Below, in pieces: positions 54,415 through 62,841 of a stretch of 64,000 nt of DNA; position 1 is the first letter of the stretch; each line of letters starts with the position of its first letter. The notes under the pieces were generated by a model. It made no database searches. It was given only the letters and a program-made list of their open reading frames with translations, and was not told the origin of the DNA. Made by a program: the position numbers and the translations under genes. Source of the stretch: Deltaproteobacteria bacterium (GTDB lineage: Bacteria > Desulfobacterota > Desulfobulbia > Desulfobulbales > Desulfurivibrionaceae); contig JAJZRF010000005.1 in assembly GCA_021847425.1 (NCBI GenBank), forward strand, positions 13 through 64,012, in the 5' to 3' direction.

Positions 54415-55593
54415 ATGCAAATCTGTAAAAAAAACTGGGTCAAGACCATGGTTGCAGGCGCCATGGGCGCTGGTCTTATCGCCGCGGGCGCTGCAACAAG
54501 CCAGGCGCAAACCTATGAGGCCACTTTCTATGTGGCTGCCATGGGCGGCCACTTTGCCAAGGCAGAATGTACCATTGATCCTGCCGCCAAAAATCCGATT
54601 CATCTCAACAAACTCACCAAAATCGATATCGGTGACGCCGAATCGCACCCGGTCCATGACGCCCGCATCGACGTAAATGACCCGAACATCATGTTCTGGT
54701 CCACCTACCATATCGATCCCAAGACCAAGAAAACCCATGTCGGAAAAACCGATCTCAGAACCGGCAAAGTTATCATGGATGTTGATGTAGACACCCCGGC
54801 TGCGGCTACCATCACAAATCACATGTACTGTGCGTCCGGTCAGACGAAGGATATGTACATGCCGGTCAGCATGGCCAACAAGGGCTATATCGACGTGTTC
54901 CGCAAATCCGACCTGAAGCGCATGCACACCGTATTTCTGGAAGGCACTGCCGCTGACATCAAAAAGCCCTATGTCTTCTACCATGGCAACACCTCTCCTG
55001 ACATGACCAAGTTCTTCATGACCATCAACGAAGCCGACAAGGATCAGGGCACCCCCATCGGCAAGATGGACCTGCTGATGCTTGACGCCAAGGAATTGGC
55101 AAAGGGCAAGGTCAAAGTCCTGAATACCGGCGTCGCCCCCGGCACCAAGGGCAAGACCTACAGCTTCCGGCAGTACTTTTCTCCGGACGGCAAACTCATC
55201 GCAAACTCCGGCGGCGACCGCATGTACCTGATCGATGCCAAGACCCTCAAGATCCTGGACAACCAGATGATGCTGCCGCTTGAAGAGAACCATGACGCGA
55301 TCTTTACTCCGGACAGCAAATACGTTATCGCCACTTCCCGGACCAAGTCCCTGGTCGGCGGCAACTACGAGAAAACCAACCGCAAGCACTCCGAGTGCGC
55401 CACCGAGCAACCTGCCAAGAAGGAGCTTGGCCCGGATGACTACTTCATGGACGGTCAGTTGAAGCTCTATGATGTTGCCGCCAAGAAGTTCATCGGCACC
55501 CCGACCTCTGTTTGCCTCGCTTGCCATAACGAGGAAGGGGTTGAACAGCATGCAGTACTCTGCGGTCTTGACGCCGTCTGGAAGAAGAAGTAA
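54415..55593 (+). CDS. Secreted His-rich beta-propeller-like protein with a C-terminal CxxCH
   Basis: GAGGAG RBS; Sec signal ending SQA; blade motifs SPDM/SPDGK/TPDSKY; HD/HG motifs; CLACH near the C-terminus. Confidence 0.8.
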   Translation: MQICKKNWVKTMVAGAMGAGLIAAGAATSQAQTYEATFYVAAMGGHFAKAECTIDPAAKNPIHLNKLTKIDIGDAESHPVHDARIDVNDPNIMFWSTYHIDPKTKKTHVGKTDLRTGKVIMDVDVDTPAAATITNHMYCASGQTKDMYMPVSMANKGYIDVFRKSDLKRMHTVFLEGTAADIKKPYVFYHGNTSPDMTKFFMTINEADKDQGTPIGKMDLLMLDAKELAKGKVKVLNTGVAPGTKGKTYSFRQYFSPDGKLIANSGGDRMYLIDAKTLKILDNQMMLPLEENHDAIFTPDSKYVIATSRTKSLVGGNYEKTNRKHSECATEQPAKKELGPDDYFMDGQLKLYDVAAKKFIGTPTSVCLACHNEEGVEQHAVLCGLDAVWKKK

Positions 55594-55643
55594 GCGGGAA
55601 ACAGCAGTTGTTGCTTGTTCCGTACGCAGTTGATTACCGAGTA

Positions 55644-55685
55644 CCGAAAGCCGGGGATGTTCCACATCCCCGGCTTTCGGCTTTT
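55644..55685 (+). terminator. Intrinsic terminator after the beta-propeller gene
   Basis: CCGAAAGCCGGGGATGT-tcc-ACATCCCCGGCTTTCGG perfect 17-bp stem followed by CTTTT. Confidence 0.8.
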
Positions 55686-55840
55686 ACCCAGTGGAGTCCA
55701 GCGATACCCCCTCCTCCCCCGCTCTCATTCGCTGCGCTGCCGATTAGTTAAGCAAAGGATCTGGACTCAAGGACACGGCAGCGCTGGGACGTGCAGCGCT
55801 GCAACTCCTTAACATATTGATTTATTACAGGATACTGACC

Positions 55841-57031
55841 ATGGCCGGCAAAAATGCATATCCCATCAGCACGATAGCTGCGAAAAGCGTATTCCGTAAA
55901 CTTTTCCGCAATACGACTCTGGTGCTGGCCGTCTCCATGCTGGTCGCCCTGCTAAACTTCGCCCTGCTCTTTAACAACGCGGTCAAGGAGAACATCGAAG
56001 CGACCGCCAAGAAATTGGGCGCCGACATTGTTCTTGTTCCGGCCCAGGCCATTGACAACGCCGAGGAGTTTATCCTGGAAAGCAAGGAGAAAACTTTTTA
56101 CATGGACAAATTCGTCTTTGACTCCGTGGCCGACATGCCGGAAGTCAAGGCCGCCACCTACCAAATCTACCTCAGCACTTTGGCCTCCGGCTGTTGCAGC
56201 ATTGTCGACGGCCAGGTTGTGGCCTTTGACCAGAAAAGCGATTTCGTCATCACCCCCTGGCTGGAGAAGGCAAAACCCCTGCAGGAAGGAGAGGTCTATG
56301 TGGGAAGCTATGTCTATGAATACCTTGGCCTGATCAACACCCCCTCACTGTTCGGGAAAAAGGTCAAGGTGGCGGGACATCTCAAAAAAACCGGAACCGG
56401 TCTGGACCATGGCCTGTTCATGCGAATCGAGGATTTGAACAAGGTATCCGCCGCGGCTGGAGGCCAGTACCAACCGGGGAAAATTTCCATCATCTTCCTG
56501 AAGATCAAAGACGGCTATGACCTCAATGCAGTGGTGGGAAAAATCCAGGGCATCAATCCCACCATCGGCATCATGACCAGAGGAAACATCGGCTCCAACA
56601 TCCGTTCCGCCCTCAAGGATATTCTCCAGATCTTTTCCATCACCATCATTATTTCCTCCCTGCTCGCCGCCCTGCTTGCCTGGTCCACCTTCACCGCCAT
56701 GGCCAACGAGCGTCGCCGCGAGGTCGGCATTCTCCGCGCCATCGGGGCGAACCGGGGACATATCATGAAAATTTTTCTTGCCGAGGCGGGTATTATCAGC
56801 CTTATCGGCGGAATCTTCGGTGTCGGCATCGGCCATTATCTCATGTACTATCTGGCCGGCAACTTCAATCTGCTCGCTAAATTGGGAGCGGTATCCTTGC
56901 TGACCACCAACACCATTCTCTCGAGCCTTATCAGTATGGCCGCAGGGATCCTGGTCTGTCTGATAGGAGCGGCCATCCCGGTCATCAGGCTTGCCAATAT
57001 GGAGCCGCTGCTGGCGATCAAGGATGCATGA
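55841..57031 (+). CDS. FtsX/MacB-type ABC permease with a periplasmic Cys-Cys motif
   Basis: LGADIVLVP, YLSTLASGCCS, NERRREVGILRAIGA, four TMs. Confidence 0.88.
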   Translation: MAGKNAYPISTIAAKSVFRKLFRNTTLVLAVSMLVALLNFALLFNNAVKENIEATAKKLGADIVLVPAQAIDNAEEFILESKEKTFYMDKFVFDSVADMPEVKAATYQIYLSTLASGCCSIVDGQVVAFDQKSDFVITPWLEKAKPLQEGEVYVGSYVYEYLGLINTPSLFGKKVKVAGHLKKTGTGLDHGLFMRIEDLNKVSAAAGGQYQPGKISIIFLKIKDGYDLNAVVGKIQGINPTIGIMTRGNIGSNIRSALKDILQIFSITIIISSLLAALLAWSTFTAMANERRREVGILRAIGANRGHIMKIFLAEAGIISLIGGIFGVGIGHYLMYYLAGNFNLLAKLGAVSLLTTNTILSSLISMAAGILVCLIGAAIPVIRLANMEPLLAIKDA

Positions 57032-57062
57032 GTTTAGCCTGACAGCTAGCAGCTAAAGGCTG

Positions 57063-57842
57063 TCAGCTGCCTTGCAACTCGTACTTTGCCGCATATCCCC
57101 GGGGGGTGACCATAAACCCCTGCCAGGCAAAGGTCATGGAGTTGCCGACGATAACGGTGGTCTGCATGCCGATCTCGCTTTCCAGCATCTTCTCCAGGGT
57201 GGTGAGTACGATCCGTTCAGTCTCCCGGGTGGCTGCGGTAACAATGCCCACCGGGGTTTCGGGTAAGCGGTGCGCCAGAAGGATTTCCCGGGCCCTGACA
57301 ATATGTTCGGCCCGTTTCTTCGATTTCGGATTATAGAGAACCACGACAAAATCCGCAGCCGCCGCAGCCTCAAGCCGTTGCTCGATCTTTTCCCATGGGG
57401 TCAGCAGGTCGGAAAGGCTGATCGCGGCGAAATCATGCATGAGCGGCGCACCCAAGCGGGCGGCGCAGGCATTGAGCGCGGCGATGCCTGCAATCACCTC
57501 GATCGCCACGAAATCGCCCTGTTCCCTGGCCAATTCAAAAACCAGACCGGCCATGGCATAGATGCCGGGGTCCCCGCCCGAGACCAGGGCCACTGTTTTC
57601 CCTTCCGATGCCAGGGCCAGCGCCTCGCGGCAGCGGTCGACCTCCTTCATCATTTGGGAGGCAATCACCTCCTTGCCCGCAAGAAACTCCGGGATCAAAT
57701 CCAGGTAGGTCTGGTAGCCGACGATCACCTCGGCTGCAGCAAGGGCCTCGCCCGCCGCAGGGGTCATATGTTTTGCAGAGCCCGGTCCTGTTCCGACAAC
57801 GTACAGTTTGCCCTGGCCACTGCCATGGTTACATTGCGCCAT
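57063..57842 (-). CDS. cbiH: Precorrin-3B C17-methyltransferase
   Basis: LYVVGTGPG, GYQTY, VSGGDPGIYAMA, LGAPLMHDF, SLSDLLTPW, YNPKS, TPRGY. Confidence 0.95.
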   Translation of the reverse strand: MAQCNHGSGQGKLYVVGTGPGSAKHMTPAAGEALAAAEVIVGYQTYLDLIPEFLAGKEVIASQMMKEVDRCREALALASEGKTVALVSGGDPGIYAMAGLVFELAREQGDFVAIEVIAGIAALNACAARLGAPLMHDFAAISLSDLLTPWEKIEQRLEAAAAADFVVVLYNPKSKKRAEHIVRAREILLAHRLPETPVGIVTAATRETERIVLTTLEKMLESEIGMQTTVIVGNSMTFAWQGFMVTPRGYAAKYELQGS

Positions 57843-58768
57843 TTTCTTTTCCCAACCAGTAAATCGTTACTCTGTGCGCTGAGCAGGGCAGCGGGTTCAG
57901 CCACCCCGACCGCGCCCACCGCCCGTAGCGCCGCCTCGGAAACCGCCACATCCGCAACCCTGTTCAGCTCTTCCTTGCTAAAAAAATCCATCCGCCACCC
58001 TTTTTCAGCGGCAAAGACCAGCAACCCCGCCTCGTCCTGCTTGAGGTCAATGGAGGCCAGATTGCGGATGCTCAACTGCGACAATCCCTGCTCGCGAAAC
58101 AACTCCTCACACGCCTGGTGGAGTTCTGCCGCCGGAACCCCCCGGTTGCACCCCACCCCCACCACCAGATTTCTGGGACGAAACACCACGGCTGCACCGT
58201 AATCGGCGATCCGTGACGAAATCACGATATCGGCCAGCTCCGGCCCAGCAACCGCCGCCAGCCCCGGGGGCAGCGAGACAACCGCCACCTCGGAAAAGAT
58301 TGTGAGGCTGCCGGTGTTGACCAGCCTGGCGCTGGCTTGCCTCAAGCCTTGCCTGCTTTCGCAGACCAGATCCTGAGCCCTGGCCCAAAGATCGAGGGGG
58401 GCAAGACCCAAGGTGTCGGAGGCGGTGGTGATTACTGCCTCGCCGCCGCACAGAGCCGCCACCCGGCGGGCCAGGTCGTTGCCGCCGCCCAGATGGCCGG
58501 AAAGCAGGCTGATGGCATGGCGCCCCTTTTCATCCACCACCACCACGCAGGGATCGCTTGCCTTGTCATGCAAAAGCGGGGCAATGGCCCGGGCCACAAT
58601 GCCGGCTGCCATGATGCAGACAAAACCGTCCATTTTCGGCCAGTGCTCGGCCAGCGCCTGGCCCACCCCTGCCTCATGCGGCAGCAGCAGAGACAATGGC
58701 ATTCTTGCTGCCAAATCGGCAGCCAATCTCTTGCCGCCGTCGGTTATGGCGAGAATCCCGATCTTCAT
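57764..58768 (-). CDS. cbiG: Cobalt-precorrin-5A hydrolase
   Basis: IMAAGIVAR.IAP..HDK..DP.VVVVDE, LLSGHLGGGN, VITTASD, GVGCNRG, GVAEPAAL. Confidence 0.94.
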   Translation of the reverse strand: MKIGILAITDGGKRLAADLAARMPLSLLLPHEAGVGQALAEHWPKMDGFVCIMAAGIVARAIAPLLHDKASDPCVVVVDEKGRHAISLLSGHLGGGNDLARRVAALCGGEAVITTASDTLGLAPLDLWARAQDLVCESRQGLRQASARLVNTGSLTIFSEVAVVSLPPGLAAVAGPELADIVISSRIADYGAAVVFRPRNLVVGVGCNRGVPAAELHQACEELFREQGLSQLSIRNLASIDLKQDEAGLLVFAAEKGWRMDFFSKEELNRVADVAVSEAALRAVGAVGVAEPAALLSAQSNDLLVGKRKWRNVTMAVARANCTLSEQDRALQNI

Positions 58769-58771
58769 GTC

Positions 58772-59605
58772 TTACCGGGCCGCATCCCGAAAACCGTGGG
58801 CGAAATGCCGGTCGTAGAGCTTGGACAGGGCCGGTGGCGGGCAGGAGGCCAGCACCTTGCCCACCGCGATGATCGCTGTTTTGGTGATCCCCGCCTCCTT
58901 GACCTGGGCCCCAATGGTGGCAAGAGTGCCGCGAATGATCCGTTCCTCGGGCCAGCTCACCTTTTCCACCACCGCCGCCGGGGTATCTTGCGGATAGCCG
59001 CCGCTGAGCAGCTCGGTCACGACCTGGTCGATCATGCCGATGCTGAGCAGGATCAGCATGGTGGCCCGGTGGCTTGCCAGGGATACCAGACTTTCCCTTT
59101 CCGGCACCGGGGTCCGCCCTGCCCTCCGGGTGATGATCACGGTCTGCGAGACCTCGGGCAGGGTCAGCTCGGTGGCCAGGGCCGCGGCAGAAGCAAAAGC
59201 CGAACTCACCCCCGGCACCACCTGAAAGGGAATATTGGCCGCGACCAAGCGGGCAATCTGCTCATTGATGGCTCCGTAAATCGAAGGGTCGCCGGTATGG
59301 AGCCGGACCACCTTTTGCCCATGCTGCCAAGCGCTGGTCACCAAAGCCATGACCTCGTCCAGGTTCAGACCGGCGGAATTATGCACCATACCGCTCACCC
59401 CGGCAAGCAGGGCTTCGGGCACCAGACTGCCGGTGTAGACGATGCAATCAGCCTCCCGCAGCAACCGCTCCCCCTTGACCGTGATCAGCTCCGGATCGCC
59501 AGGGCCTGCGCCTACGAAAAAGACCGGAAAGCGTTTTGTTTGACTCCCCCTCCCTTGACGGGAGGGGGCAGAGGGGAGGGTGAAATTGCAACTTGCCGAG
59601 CTCAT
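58772..59605 (-). CDS. cbiF: Precorrin-4 C11-methyltransferase; first ~20 aa are repeat-derived
   Basis: FVGAGPGDPELITVKG, YTGSLV, VRLHTGDPSIYGA, ELTLPEVSQT, SKLYD..F.HGFR. Confidence 0.95.
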   Translation of the reverse strand: MSSASCNFTLPSAPSRQGRGSQTKRFPVFFVGAGPGDPELITVKGERLLREADCIVYTGSLVPEALLAGVSGMVHNSAGLNLDEVMALVTSAWQHGQKVVRLHTGDPSIYGAINEQIARLVAANIPFQVVPGVSSAFASAAALATELTLPEVSQTVIITRRAGRTPVPERESLVSLASHRATMLILLSIGMIDQVVTELLSGGYPQDTPAAVVEKVSWPEERIIRGTLATIGAQVKEAGITKTAIIAVGKVLASCPPPALSKLYDRHFAHGFRDAAR

Positions 59606-59657
59606 AGGTGATCCCCCCTCTCCCTAGCCCTCCCCCGCCAGGGGGGAGGGAACTTTC
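59543..59657 (-). repeat. ~110-bp double-hairpin palindromic element, copy B (overlaps the cbiF start)
   Basis: Minus strand AAAGTTCCCTCCCCC..GGGGGAGGGCTAGGGAGAGGGG-spacer-GCAATTTCACCCTCCCCTC..CCCCTCCCGTCAAGGGAGGGG. Confidence 0.88.
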
Positions 59658-59688
59658 TAACCTTTTGCAATAGGTTCGCTGAATTCAT
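59602..59688 (-). other. 28-codon mini-ORF coupling the cbiL stop to the cbiF start (MNSANLLQKVRKFPPPWRGRARERGDHL)
   Basis: ATG 59688 overlaps the cbiL TGA (ATGA); its own TGA 59604-59602 overlaps the cbiF ATG 59605 (ATGA). Confidence 0.55.
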
Positions 59689-60416
59689 GACTTTCTCACA
59701 ATGATGGTGGAAAAGTAATGGGGCTCTTCATTAGGCGCAAGGGCGGTGGTCAGGTCGCGCCGGATCCGCTGGCCGGACTGGCTGGAGCGCTCCACCAGCA
59801 CCGCCTTGTCCAAGAGATTCATCTCCGCCAGCAGCGGCACCAGCCGGTCCATCACCCGGTGCACCTTCATGAGGACCACCGAATCGAACTGCTCCAGGAT
59901 TTCCCGCAACCGGCCATTTTCAAAGGTGGCCGGGATAACCACCAACCGGTCATCCCCCAGGCAGAGCGGCTGACCGGCAGCGGCAGCGGAAGCGCCGATG
60001 GCGGAAACCCCTGGAATGACCACCACCGGCAGATCAGGGGCCAGGTCGAACAGGGTTTCGCAGACGTAGAAGCCGGTGCTGTAAATGGCCGGATCGCCGA
60101 GGGTGGGGAAGGCCACATCCCTCCCTGCCTGCAAATGACCGACAATCTGGGCCGCCGCTGCATCCCAGGCCTTTTTCACCTCGGGGTCCGGGCTTTGTCC
60201 CATGCGAATCTTTTTCATGGGGAAATGGTGGGTGATGATCTCCTTGCCCCTGCGATCCACCACCCCTTCCGCAATCCCCAGGGCCGTGCTCTCGCCGTCC
60301 TTTTTTGCGGCCGGCGCAAGCCACACCCCGCAACGCTCCAGAATCCGTACCGCCTTGAGGGTCATGAGCTCCGGATCGCCCGGCCCCACCCCGACCACAT
60401 ATAATGTTCCCTTCAT
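59685..60416 (-). CDS. cbiL: Precorrin-2 C20-methyltransferase
   Basis: LYVVGVGPGDPELMTLKA, FPM, AFPTLGDPAIYST, IPGVSA, VLMKV, YFSTIIV. Confidence 0.94.
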   Translation of the reverse strand: MKGTLYVVGVGPGDPELMTLKAVRILERCGVWLAPAAKKDGESTALGIAEGVVDRRGKEIITHHFPMKKIRMGQSPDPEVKKAWDAAAAQIVGHLQAGRDVAFPTLGDPAIYSTGFYVCETLFDLAPDLPVVVIPGVSAIGASAAAAGQPLCLGDDRLVVIPATFENGRLREILEQFDSVVLMKVHRVMDRLVPLLAEMNLLDKAVLVERSSQSGQRIRRDLTTALAPNEEPHYFSTIIVRKS

Positions 60417-61630
60417 TTGCAACCTGTCATAACGGTTATGGGATTTAAAACCTTCCCCGGTTCTCTTTCCGGGAAAGTCGTTCGTTCAACCTGCAGCCGG
60501 GTCATTGCAACAACCAGACCCTGATCAACCATGCATTGCGGCGCCTCGGCCACAGTCCGGGGGATCACGCCGTTCACCACCATCCTTCCCCCGCTGGGCA
60601 GGCGATCGCTGGCCTGGCCGATGATGGCCGCCAATTTGCCGCCGCTGCCGCCGATAAAGACCCGGTCCGGGGCCGGCAAGGAGCATAACACCGCACTGGC
60701 CTCTCCCAGGACAGGGATGATGTTGTAGCAGCCGAATCGCCGGATATTGCGTTTCACATGGGCAAGGGCCTCGGGATGCTGGTCCACGGCAAAAACGGTC
60801 AAACCCGGCTGCAACCGGGCTGCGGCCACGGAAATGGAGCCGCTGCCCGCGCCGAGATCCCAGAACACCCCCCTGCTCGGCAGCCGCAGGGCGTGCAGGG
60901 TCACGGCCCGCACCGCATCCTTGGTGATCAGCCCCCGGCTGTGGCTGATCTCTTCTTCGCAAAGCCCGAACAACGGGATATTCTCTTGCGCAAGGCCCGG
61001 CCGGGTGACAATCAACACATTCAGTTCGGCAAAGTGCTCGCTTGCCGCCTCGGCCAGGGTTCCGGAAAAAAGGCGCTCTTCCCTTGCCCCCAGATTTTCG
61101 GCAACATGCATCCGGCACCCGGCCAGCAAAGGTGCGTCTTCGATCAACTCCAGATAGTCGACAAGCTGCCGGGCCAAGCTGGCTGGGGTATTGTGGCGAT
61201 CAGTGAAAACAAAGCTCTTCTCCCATCCAAGCAGCAGGCCGGGGGCATGGAGGGTTTTCCGGCCATGAAGGCTGACTTTTGCCATGTCGTCCCAGGGCAG
61301 ATGGAATCGGGCACACGCCTCCTGCATGGTGGAGAGCGCCGGGAGAACAACCAGCCGGTCCGGCCCAAACTCCTTGAGCAGCCTGCGCCCGATCCCGAAG
61401 AACAGGGGGTCGCCGCTGGCCAGCACCCCGACATCGCCGCTGACCAGCCCATGGCGGATGCTTTTCAGGGCCGGAGCCAGAGGGGTGATGGGATGTTTCT
61501 CCGCCGCCATCCCCTGCACCAGGGCAAGATGGCGGGGGGTGCCGACGATCAGTCCGCACCGGCCGAGCCTCCCGGTCTGTTCCTTGGTGAGCCCGGAGCA
61601 GCCGACTCCTGTCAGGACCAGATCAGACAT
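60413..61630 (-). CDS. cbiE: Bifunctional precorrin-6Y C5,15-methyltransferase (CbiE/CbiT fusion)
   Basis: LASGDPLFFGIG, SLHGR, ENLG...E, GLITKDAVR, WDLGAGSGSIS, DRVFIGGSGG, NPI. Confidence 0.93.
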   Translation of the reverse strand: MSDLVLTGVGCSGLTKEQTGRLGRCGLIVGTPRHLALVQGMAAEKHPITPLAPALKSIRHGLVSGDVGVLASGDPLFFGIGRRLLKEFGPDRLVVLPALSTMQEACARFHLPWDDMAKVSLHGRKTLHAPGLLLGWEKSFVFTDRHNTPASLARQLVDYLELIEDAPLLAGCRMHVAENLGAREERLFSGTLAEAASEHFAELNVLIVTRPGLAQENIPLFGLCEEEISHSRGLITKDAVRAVTLHALRLPSRGVFWDLGAGSGSISVAAARLQPGLTVFAVDQHPEALAHVKRNIRRFGCYNIIPVLGEASAVLCSLPAPDRVFIGGSGGKLAAIIGQASDRLPSGGRMVVNGVIPRTVAEAPQCMVDQGLVVAMTRLQVERTTFPEREPGKVLNPITVMTGCK

Positions 61631-62834
61631 GCGTCTCCACCCGGGTGTGGCTGTTCACCAGATAGACCCGCACCTTAAGGCCGGAAACCTCTTCGGCATA
61701 GCGGCGCGCCGCTTTACAGACAGCCAGGACCAGATCGTCCCTCCCCTGTTCCTGCAAACGTTCATAGATTTCCCGTGCGGTATTGACCTCGCTGAGACTT
61801 GCCAGCAAGACCGGGTCCGCCCCAAGGCCAGCAAGAAGCGCCAGCCCGTCCGTGACCTCCAGGGCGCCGTGCCGGACATGGGTCTGGGGAATCCGCAGGG
61901 CCGCCTTCATGATCTTGGCCCACATCCCGGCCAGATGTATTTTGGTAAAGCCACGCCGGGCTGCGGCCAGCAGGGAAAATTCCAGGTAATCGCCCATCAT
62001 GGCATACGCCTCTTCCGGCAGGGAAAGCAGGGTCTGCATCCCTTTTTCCGAGGTGCGGCCGGTGGAGAGCACCACCTCGCTGAGCCCTGCCTCCCTGGCC
62101 ACGGACAGGGAGGCCTCGATGGTGGCGGTCCAGGCCTCGGCGGACACGGGGTGGACAATGCCGGTGGTGCCGAGGATGGAAAGGCCGCCCACAATGCCCA
62201 ACCGGTTATTCAGGGTTTTCTCGGCCAATTCTTCGCCCCTGGGCACGGAAATCGTCACCTGCAAGGTCTTCGTCTCTGTGGCCAAACCCTCCAGAACCGC
62301 GGCCAGAATCATCCTCCGCGGCACCGGATTGATCGCCGGTTCCCCGGGCTTGACCGCAAGGCCGGGCTTGGTCACCCGGCCAACCCCTGGCCCGCCGCAG
62401 AGAAAGATGGCTGTCTGCTCATGCTCAAGCCGGACACAAATCAGCTCCCCCTCCCTCAACGGGAGGGGGCTGGGGGGTGGGTGAAATTGCGACCTGCCGC
62501 TCTGGCTATTCCCCCCCCGCCCTAACCCTCCCCCGCCGGGGGGGAGGGAATTTTGACAAGAAGATCCATCCGTCGGCAAAAAACCAACACTGGCCACGAT
62601 CTCCGCGCCGTTGGTCACATCCGGATCATCCCCGGCATCCTTGCGCACCGAAGACCAGGCCTCCCCGGCCCGGACCCCGGATTGATGCACAGCAAAGGCA
62701 TGGCGGCTGCCATCCGGAAAGGGAATCTCCACCGCCTCGGGCCGGGGGTGGCCCAAAAGCAGCAGCACCGCCGCCTTGGCCGCCGCAGCAGCACAGGCGC
62801 CGGTGGTATATCCGCTTCGCAGCCTGCGGGCCAT
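61623..62834 (-). CDS. cbiD: Cobalt-precorrin-5B C1-methyltransferase with an in-frame repeat insertion
   Basis: LRSGYTTGACAAAAA, KDAGDDPDVT, GGPGVGRVTKPGL, AINPVPR, TLNNRLGIVGGLSILGTTGIV. Confidence 0.95.
   Translation of the reverse strand: MARRLRSGYTTGACAAAAAKAAVLLLLGHPRPEAVEIPFPDGSRHAFAVHQSGVRAGEAWSSVRKDAGDDPDVTNGAEIVASVGFLPTDGSSCQNSLPPGGGGLGRGGNSQSGRSQFHPPPSPLPLREGELICVRLEHEQTAIFLCGGPGVGRVTKPGLAVKPGEPAINPVPRRMILAAVLEGLATETKTLQVTISVPRGEELAEKTLNNRLGIVGGLSILGTTGIVHPVSAEAWTATIEASLSVAREAGLSEVVLSTGRTSEKGMQTLLSLPEEAYAMMGDYLEFSLLAAARRGFTKIHLAGMWAKIMKAALRIPQTHVRHGALEVTDGLALLAGLGADPVLLASLSEVNTAREIYERLQEQGRDDLVLAVCKAARRYAEEVSGLKVRVYLVNSHTRVETHV
62445..62553 (-). repeat. ~110-bp double-hairpin palindromic element, copy C (in frame inside cbiD)
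   Basis: Minus strand TTCCCTCCCCC..GGGGGAGGGTTAGGGCGGGGG-spacer-GCAATTTCACCCACCCC..CCCCTCCCGTTGAGGGAGGGG, encoding NSLPPGGGGLGRGG...FHPPPSPLPLREGE. Confidence 0.9.
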
Positions 62835-62841
62835 GGGCTCT

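Noticed and set aside
57036-57068. Hairpin CTGACAGC-N12-GCTGTCAG between the convergent permease and cbiH genes
   Set aside because: Plausible weak bidirectional terminator, but the loop is long, there is no clear U-tract and it overlaps the cbiH stop; not called.
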